Assembly: GCA_918797485.1 (NCBI GenBank)
Contig: CAKKNE010000004.1
Span: 5,084,001 to 5,148,000, forward strand
DNA from: Pelagomonas calceolata
Lineage: Eukaryota
Direction of reading: 5' to 3'
DNA length: 64,000 nt
Part shown: positions 54,801 through 63,800 of the stretch, in pieces
How positions within the stretch are numbered: the first letter of the stretch is position 1
How the letters are laid out: every line of letters starts with the position of its first letter
Made by a program: the position numbers and the translations under genes
Notes under the pieces: model-generated
Seen by the model: only the letters and a program-made list of their open reading frames with translations
The model's database searches: none
What the model was told of the DNA's origin: nothing

Positions 54801-57800
54801 CGTACTCCTTCTTCATCTCCATGCGCGTGACCTCGACGTCGTCGATGCCCACGAGCGTCTCGAGCTCGGCCTCGACGGCCGTCGCGTCGTCGTCCCAGAC
54901 CATGCAGCCGGGCTCGCCGCCCGCCTCGGTCGCCGCCGTCGTCTCGTCGCCGAACTTGAGGCGGAAGCCCGAGGCCGAGACGGACCCCGCGGTGAGGTTG
55001 CAGTGCTCCGGGAAGCCGGCGCCGAGGGCCGGCTGCATGGCGTCGCAGTAGATGCGGACCTCCTGCACCTCGTAGGCGGCGTGCCGCAGCGCCTGGGCCG
55101 TGAGGCCGGCCTCGAGCATGGCGTCGTCGGCTTGCGCCAGCGGGACCGTCGTGTCGGAGAACTCCTTGGCGGGGTCCGTCGACACGCGGAAGGTCTCGCC
55201 CGTGCGCGGGTGGCCGACGCGGATGTAGTCGCCGCGCTTCAGGCCGTAGGCGCGCCAGTCGATCGAGGCGTCGCCGCCGCGGTTGCCGCGGCGCGGCGCG
55301 AGGGCCGCGTCGCCGATGGCCGGTCCCACGGCGCCCGAGAGCGACGTGTCGAGCTTGTAGAGCGGCGCCTGGCGGAGGTCGTCGCCGCGCGGCCCGCCGT
55401 CGTAGTACGCGGGCGTCCACGGGTCGTCGGCCCGGCACAGCGGCAGGGTCTTCGGGCCGTAGGCCGCGTAGTAGTACGTGTCGACGGTGCTGTCGGTCTT
55501 GAGGGCCTCCGTCGGGTAGGACAGGGACTGCTTGCCGCCGCCGGTCACGTTGTGCTCCACCAGGTCCGACTCGACGCAGACGCTGAAGGCCTGGCCGCCC
55601 ACGCGCAGGTAGTCCCCGCGCGCGAAGTACTTGGACAGGTCGAGGCGCTCGTCGAGGCCCGGCGCCGGCCGCGACCGCGTGACGACGGACCCGCCGTGGT
55701 CCACGTTCACGAGCGTCCGGTTCGGCGCGTCCCGCCCGCGGCCCCACCACTTGGTCTCGGCCTCGTCGAAGAGGACCCACGAGCCCTCGAAGTCGCCCAC
55801 CGACAGCGAGAACTGGGCGCCCGCCGTGAACGGCCGCGTGTGCGCGTCCGTCTCGATGCGCTGGACCGTGTAGTCCACGGCGTACTCCTGCACGAGCGTC
55901 GAGCCGTTCGGGAACGCCGCCGACTGCGACGACTCGACGACGTACGCCGTCACGGCGTCGCCGTTCGCGTCGGCGTCCTGGGCGTACTGCACGCGGAGCA
56001 GGTCCTGCGTGTGCCGCGACAGCTTGACGAGCGTCCGGAGCTCGGACGGCTCCTCGGCGGGGACGCCCGCCGCGACGCGGCTGGCGGCGCCGGCGCCCTG
56101 GTCCGTGAGGGCCGTCACGCGGAAGCCGTACTCGGCGCCGGTCGTCAGCGAGAGCATCGTGACCTCGGTCGCGTCGCCCGCGACCGTGACGTTCGTGTGG
56201 TTGTGCGGCACGACGCCCTTGTACTGCTCGACCACCTGCAGGTAGGGGGCCGAGACGCCCCGGTTGTCGTCCATCGCAGAGCTCAGGCGCAGCCCGAAGG
56301 CGTTGGCCACGAGCGGCGGCAGGTCGCCGACGTCCGTCAGGAACGTGACGGCCCAGACGTAGCCGTTGACGCGGCCGGCGTTCGGCGCCGGGTCCGTCGC
56401 CGCCGCCCCATGGAGGCCGTTGGCGGGGCTGGCGTTGGCCGGGTCGGCCGACGAGTCGTCGTCGAAGACGCGCGAGACGCGCACGTCGCCGAGGCTCGCG
56501 AGCGCGTCGAGCGCGCCCTCGACGTCGGCCGCGGACGCGTCCCAGGCCAGCGGGATCGTCGTGTCGCGGTGGTAGAGCGTCGCGCCGATCGCCGTCGCCC
56601 CGGTGTAGACCTGGTCCACGTAGAGGTGCGTGCTGTTGAAGACGCGGTTCTCCGCGACCGTCAGCGTCTGGCACGCGTCCGCCGCGGCGCAAACTTTAAT
56701 TTCGTCGCGGCGCCCGAGGTGCGGCGTCAGGTCGACGGACGTGCGCAGGTACTGCCGGCCCTGCGTCGCCGCGACCGTGCCCGGGAGCGGCTCGTCCACG
56801 TCGCCGAACGCGAGCGTGAACGTGCCGCCCGTCGCGTTGGTCCAGCGGTTGGGGACGTCGACGCTCGTGTAGGTCATGACCTTCTGGACCTCGGCGTGGC
56901 CGTAGAGCGAGCCCAGCGCGCTCGGCACGGCCTGCTTCGTCATGCGCTCGACGACGTAGCCTGATACGCTGCCGCCCGGCACGGTCGCCGGCTGCCACGC
57001 GACGCGCACGGAGTGCGCCGACGCGGGCGTCGCCGTCACGGCGCCCGGCGCCGCCGCGAGGCCGCGCACGAGCAGCGACGACGGGAGCGTGTCGACGAAC
57101 GAGCCCATGCCCTTGGCGGCGTTCTCGCAGGCCACGCGCACGTGGTAGTGCTGGCCCTCCGTCAGGCCCTCGATGCGGTAGCGCGCGCCGACGACGCGCA
57201 GCTCGCCCGCGAACTGGTGGTTGCCGTTGGCGGCCGAGCCGTAGGACGCCGCGCGCGCGTGGCCCGGCTCGACGAAGATCTGGGAGGACGCGCCGTTGAT
57301 CGCCGTGGCGTAGAGGTCGCCCGACCGGACCGTGAAGAGGTACGCGATGTCGTCGTCCGGGAAGGTGACGTAGAACTTGGCGCCCGCCTCGAGCGCGCGC
57401 CCGTCGTCGTTCTTGCCCGTGAACGTGAAGACGCCGTCGTCCGCGTCGAACTGCGTGACGCAGTCCGCGCAGCGCCAGTCCGCCGCCGCGACGACCGCGC
57501 GGCCCAGCGGCTCGCCGCCGGGGCCGCCGGCGAAGTCCGGCCGCGTGTCCCACTGCACCTCGAAGTTGACGACGGCGTCGCCGCCGTCGAAGACCGGCGC
57601 GCCGACCTCCACGAGGATGGCCGTGGGCGACGCGAGGTACGCGTTGGGCGCCTCGACGAAGCCGCCCGGCGCCAGCGCGCCGGGCAGGCCCGGCGCCTGG
57701 CGCGGCACCCGGACGACCGGCGGCCGCGTGAGGCGCCGCTGGCCGTAGCCGAGGCGGTTCCCCGCCGCGACGCGCACGTGGTACTCGACGCCCGGCAGCA

Positions 57801-60800
57801 GCGGCGGGTGCGAGCCGCGCGCCGGCCCGCCGATGGCGTAGGCGAAGTCCATGCCGTCGCCCTCGCCGACGGGCACCTCGACGAAGCGGTAGTCGCCGTC
57901 CCGGGGCAGGTGGGCGGCCTCCGACGCGTTCCGGTGGATGGTCACGTTGAAGTGCACGAAGTTTGCCTGACCCTTGGTGCCGCGGCCGCCGAGCTCGACG
58001 ACCGTGGACGCGTCCGTGTGGTACGTGAGCCCCTCGTCGAAGGGCTCGAGCATCGACATGTTCCCGATCACGTCCACGAACGTGATGTCGTAGTTGACCG
58101 ACGACGGGTCCCCGATGTCGGGGATGCTGACGTCGACCTCGCCCACGTTCGGCATGTTCTCGAGGATCGTCTTGACGTCGTAGGCCGTCGCGTTGCCCAC
58201 GAAGATGCGGGCCGACGTCGCGAAGGTCTTCACGACGGCGCGCTTGTCGTTCGTCGTGTTGAGCGAGAGGCGGATCGTGCCGTCGAGGCTGCCCGCGTTC
58301 TCGCCCGGCTTGCGGACGCGCACGCGCTGCACCACCGGGGCGTAGGCCGACCAGGGGATCTTGGAGTACTCCACGAGGTAGGACGTGACGCGGTCGCCGC
58401 CGTCGCCGTAGAGGTCGACGGAGTCGTTCCGCGGCGGCGCCCAGCGCACGAGGAGCTGCGAGCCCACGTCCTGCACCGTGTGGTCGTTGCCGTCCAGCGC
58501 CTCCAGGGACGGCGCGATCGGCGGGTCGGCCGACGTCATGGGCGTCGCCTCGAACGTCTCCGTCACGTCCGAGTAGCCGAGCGAGTTGTGCGCCGAGAGG
58601 CGCACGTAGACGCGCTGGCCGCGGCAGTCCGCCCCGTTGGCGCAGGTCAAATTCCACCACTGCTCCAGGTTCGACGAGTGCGGGTAGGGCGCGCCCTTGA
58701 CCGCCTCCTGCGACCCGTCGATCGTGTCGACGGACGTGCGGTTGTTGGCCACGACGACCGTCTGGTAGTCCTTGGTGAAGCGGTCGTCCATGGCCCACTC
58801 GACGCGATATTTGTCCACCGGCGCGCCGCGGCGCCCGCCGTTCTCCCACGAGACCATGAGCGACGCGGCCGTGAACGACTCGGGGCCCTCGAGCCCGTCC
58901 GTCACCGAGAGCGGTCCGCCGAAGCGGACGCGGCCCAGCCGCGCCGACGTCGACCGGCCCGCATTCTGCGCCAGCGACACCAGCGGCGGCTTCGGCACCG
59001 CGCGCGCGCGGATGATGTAGCTGTACGGCGGCGCGCGGCCGTCGTACGCGTCGATCTGCCGCAGCGGGTCGGCCAGGAGGAACACCTTCGCATCGTCCGC
59101 GATTGTAGCGGCGTCCGTTCCGTCGGCGCCACGCTCTACAGTCAGATCGTTAGTAGCAACGCCAGTCACTTTCAGAACCTCGTTGCCGATCAGGATGTAA
59201 GAGGGATTAGTAATACCATGCGAAGGATCTACCTCAATAGTGGTATCAGTAGCAATGTAAGTTGCACCGGGGTTGTTGATAGCTGTCTCGACCCCGGCCT
59301 TGACGTACTCGAGCGCCGGCGAGTGGTCGCCGGCGTTTTTGCCCTCGGAGCACTCGACGACGCCCTCGTAGGGGCACGTCGCCACGGCGCGGCGGCGCCC
59401 CTCGTAGGTGTCCTTGATGTCGTGCTGCACGTACCAGGACGGGATGCCCCTGGGGCCGCCGGCGCGCTCGTACGTGTACCACGCGGGCGGCGCCGCGCCC
59501 TGGCGGTTGATCGCGCGCACGCCGACGGCGTAGTAGTTGCCCGCCGTCAGGTTCGTGATGCGGAACTCGCGCGCGTCGGGCCCGACGAGCCGCGACCACG
59601 AGCCGCTGTACGGGAAGTCGTGGTCGGTGCTGTCGCCGAGCGGCGCCGAGCCGCGCTGGAACTCGGCGTTCGTCTTGTTCCACTCGACGGACCAGCCCGT
59701 GAGCGCCGCGCCGTGCGCGTCCTCCACGTCGCCCCAGGTCACGCGCAGCGACGTGGGCGAGTCGCGCTCCGCGAAGACGCGCGCCCACTCCGTGAGGCCG
59801 GGCGGCGCCGCGGCCGCGATGGCGCCCCGCTGGTCCTGGTAGTCCTGGGAGCTCTCGACCGGCGCCGCGGCGCCGACGCCCACGTCGTTCACCGCGCTCA
59901 GGCGCAGGAAGTAGGGCGTGCCCGGCGTCAGGGCCTCGGACGAGTGGTCGCGCGTCACCGAGTGGAAGACGTTCGTCGTGCGCACGTTCTCCAGGAGGCC
60001 CAGGGCCTTGGACTTGGTGAAGTTCGAGCAGACCCACGGCAGGCCGTGGTCCGCCGCCGTCAGGCGCGACACGATCTCCAGCTTGGAGACGGGCCAGCGC
60101 GAGAAGGCGCCGCCCGTGAACGTGACGCGGTAGCGGTAGCCGCTGCCGACCGTCGTGTTCGAGTCGCGGGACACCTCGACCGTCTCCTCGAAGGGCAGGT
60201 CGTCCATCTGCTGGCGGATGTGGTCCCGGACGTCGGCCGCCGTCGCGTTCTGCCGCAGGCACGTCGTCGGCGGCGCCACGACGTAGGCGTCGACGACCAT
60301 CTTGCCCGTGTGCGCGTCGACGTGCGCGCCCTGGCCCAGCGTGAAGGCCGTGTGCAGCGTCACGTTGCCGCCGCGGTCCGAGAGCGCGTCCTCCTGGAAG
60401 CCCGACGTCTGGTTGATGCCGTAGAGCTTGCCGTCGACGCCGCCGATGCGCACGAAGGAGCCCTTCGTCAGGACGTCGCCGCCGTAGGCGTAGTTGTCGC
60501 CCAGGTCCGAGACGTTGACGAACTCGGCGCGCGACGTCCCGGGGTTGACGACGAGCCGCGTCCGCGGCGACGAGGGCCCGGCGTAGAGCAGCTTGTAGGA
60601 GCCCCCCGTGAGCGGCTCCGAGCCCTCGGAGTAGACGCGCACGGACTGCACCTCGGCGCCGAGCTCGAAGGAGCACGGAACGCCGGCGCCGACGTAGCCC
60701 GAGACGCCGTCGGCGCCGTAGCCCTCGCACTCGAGGGCGACGTCGTCGCCCTGGAGCGCGCGCCAGTCGTACGAGTGCGTCGCGTCGTCGGGGAAGCTCG

Positions 60801-63800
60801 ACGACTCGGACCACTCGATGCGGTAGTTGCCCGCCTTGGCGGGCTCGTTGCCGCCGTGCGTCGTTTGCGCGAAGCCGTTCAGGTCGACGCGCGGCTGGTT
60901 GAAGACGACGCGCAGGCGGTCGGGGTACTCGCCGGGCGAGACGGACGCCGAGGCGTTCACCGGCGGGCCCAGGAGCTGGTCGGCCGGCTGCGCGCTCGCG
61001 GGCGTCGAGACCCGGGCGTCGCCGTAGCCCTTGGCGTTCCAGGCCGACACGCGCACCCAGTAGCTCCGGCCCGGCGTGAGGCCCCGGATCTGGAACTGGT
61101 GGTCTGAGAGGACCGTCAGGCCCCGCGCCGCGCTGGCGTTCACGGCGACCTGGCCGGCCGTCGTCGACGGCACGCTCGCGAAGCCCGCGCCGAGGTCGCT
61201 GATCGTGCTGAACTCGGGGTTCGAGTCCCACTCGACGAGGTACTTCTCGACCTTGTGGCCGCCCGACAGCACCGGCGGCGCCCAGGCCACGCCGAGGTTC
61301 GTCCGCGACACCGAGAACAGCTTGACGCGCGTCGGCGCCGAGGGCTCCCGGTACGCGGGCTTGATGGCGTAGCCGTCGGCGGCCGGCGCCGCGGCCAGCG
61401 TCACGTTGATCCCGTCGAACTTGGCGTCCGACTTCTGGCCGTAGCGGGCCTGGTAGTTCGAGATCTCGAGCGCCGCGTCGCGGTCGCCGCCGAACTCGAC
61501 CTCGTAGCCGAACTTCGTGTCGACGAGGTCGTAGACGTCGCCCATGTTCGCCGTCGACGCGTAGTCCGACGAGTCCCAGCGCCGCACGAGGACGGCGCCG
61601 CACTCGAGCTCCGTGAGGTCCATGATCGCGGCCGCGACGTCCGACGCCGTGGCGCCGGCCGCGATGGCCGCCGTCGACTCGGAGTTGCCGCGCGCGGACA
61701 CGTGCAGCATGAAGTCCGTGGAGCCCTTGCCGACGTCGATGCGGTAGACGGGCGCGTCGGCGCGCGACGCCGCCATGCGCGGCTCCGAGTAGCCCGCCGC
61801 GTTGTGCGCGAGCACGCGCACGTAGTAGGCCGTGCCCGTCGTCAGGGCCTCGAGCACGTGGGCGTAGCGGCCCTGGTCGTGCTCGAGGTCCTCGACCGGC
61901 ACGCGCGCGAAGCCGGTCGAGTCGTCGAAGCTCTCGTCGAGGTCGTACTGCACGAGGTAGTGCGTCACCGGGGCGCCGCCGTCGTCGTCGGGGGCGGCCC
62001 AGGACACGGCCAGGGACGTGGGCCCGGCGACGCTCACCTTGGGCGCGACGGGCGGCGTCGGCGCGACGTCGGCGGGCGCCGCCGTCAGCGCCGCGACGGC
62101 CGGCTCCGACCACGCGTCGGCGGCGTGCGTGTACGCCGCCACGCGCGCGTAGTGGGGCCGCCCCGCGGCGAGCCGCCCGTCGCCCACCGACACCCAGCGC
62201 GGGAGCCCGCCCTTCTGGGCCTCGGTGACGTTCGCGAACGGCGACGTGCCCTTGAGGTGGCCGTGCGCGCCGACGGCCTCGTTGAACTGCGTGCCGCCGC
62301 CGCCCGTGTCCACGAGGAGCGACGGCACGTCGCCCAGCGCCGCGTCGAACGTCACGCGCCAGACGCGCGCCGCGTGCTGCACCGGCTCCGTCGTGCGGTG
62401 CTCGACGTCCCGCACCGAGACCATGACGGGGCCCAGCGTCTTCAGGTCGTCGAGGGCCGTCGCCATCTCCTGCGCCGAGGCGTCGGCGTAGATCTTGTTC
62501 GACGTCTGGCCGCCGTACGACAGCCGGAAGTAGCCGTTGACGTCGGCGGCCTTGGCGCCGACCGCGACCTCCTGCACCTCGGGCCGCATCGCCACGTCCA
62601 CGGACCCGAGCGGGCGGCGGTAGATGCCCAGCGTGCCCTCGTCGAAGGCCGGCGCCAGGCCCCGCGTCACCTCCTCGACCTCGGCGGCGACGGCCGCGCC
62701 GCCGGCGTCCCGCAGCGCGTCGACGGAGACCGCGAGGGCGGGCACGTCGCCGACGTTCGTCCGGAAGACGACGTCGTAGGACGCGGCGCCCTTGGTCACG
62801 TCGACCTCGCCGATCGTCGGCAGCGCCTCGAGCGCCGTCTTCAGCCGCTCGCCGGACGCGCCCGCCGGGATCGGCGGCGTCGTGGCGCCCTGGAAGGCGA
62901 GCGCGAAGGCGCCGACGATGTCCGTTGCCTTGAACTTGACGCGCTGGACCTCGTGCACGGCCTCGCTCGAGTCCCACTCGACGCGGTACGCCGTGACGCG
63001 CGCGCCGCCGTCGTCGACGGGCGGCGTCCACGTGACGTTCAGCGACCCCTCGCCGAGCGGCTTGATGGCGACCGTGCGCGGCGGCGACGGCGCCGCCGCC
63101 GGCGTCAGCGACGCGGGCGTCGCGTGCGCCGGGAGGCCGTAGACGCTGCGCACGCCGTTGTACATGGCCACGGACACGGCATAGGGCTCGCCGGCCTCCA
63201 GGTCGTCCAGCATGAAGACGTACTGGCCGTCGGCGTCCCGCTCGAGGTCGCTCAGCCGCACCTCGGCCTCGCCCTTGAGCGGCGAGTCCATGGCCGGCAC
63301 GCGGCCCGCCACGACGACGCTCACGGCCACGCCCGTCGTGGCCTGCTTGTTCGGCGAGGCGTAGAGGCGCGTCGAGTCCGCCTGCAGCGGCGGCACCGTG
63401 CCCAGCCGCTCGAGGAACACGATCGTGTACTCCTTGCCGTCGGTCGCCTGCGCCGCGCCGACGAACAGCTCGCCCGTGCCGATGGCCTCGAGCGCGGCCT
63501 TGACCTCGGCCGCGGACGCGCCGGCCTCGAGGTAGGGCGTCGCCACGAGGCCGTCGGGCGAGTCGTACTTGAGCGCGAACGAGCCGCGGAGCGACGCGTT
63601 CTTCGCGTACGCGAGGACGGTCTGCACGCAGAAGCCGTCGTAGCGGTGCACGAGCGTGTCCGCCGTGAGGGACGCGTCCGTGCCCGTCATCGTCGTCGCC
63701 GCGGCCGACCCGTCGAGCGTCGCCGCGGCGAGCTCCTCGACGAGCTTGTAGTTCGAGGCCAGCGACCGGTTCATGGCGCTCACGCGGAGCGAGGGCAGGT

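Noticed and set aside
28054..61107. Very long alternative-frame and antisense ORFs (e.g. 4899, 4754, 4556 and 3149 aa) overlapping the giant gene
   Set aside because: Arg/Gly/Ala-rich shadows caused by extreme GC3 bias; no domain motifs.
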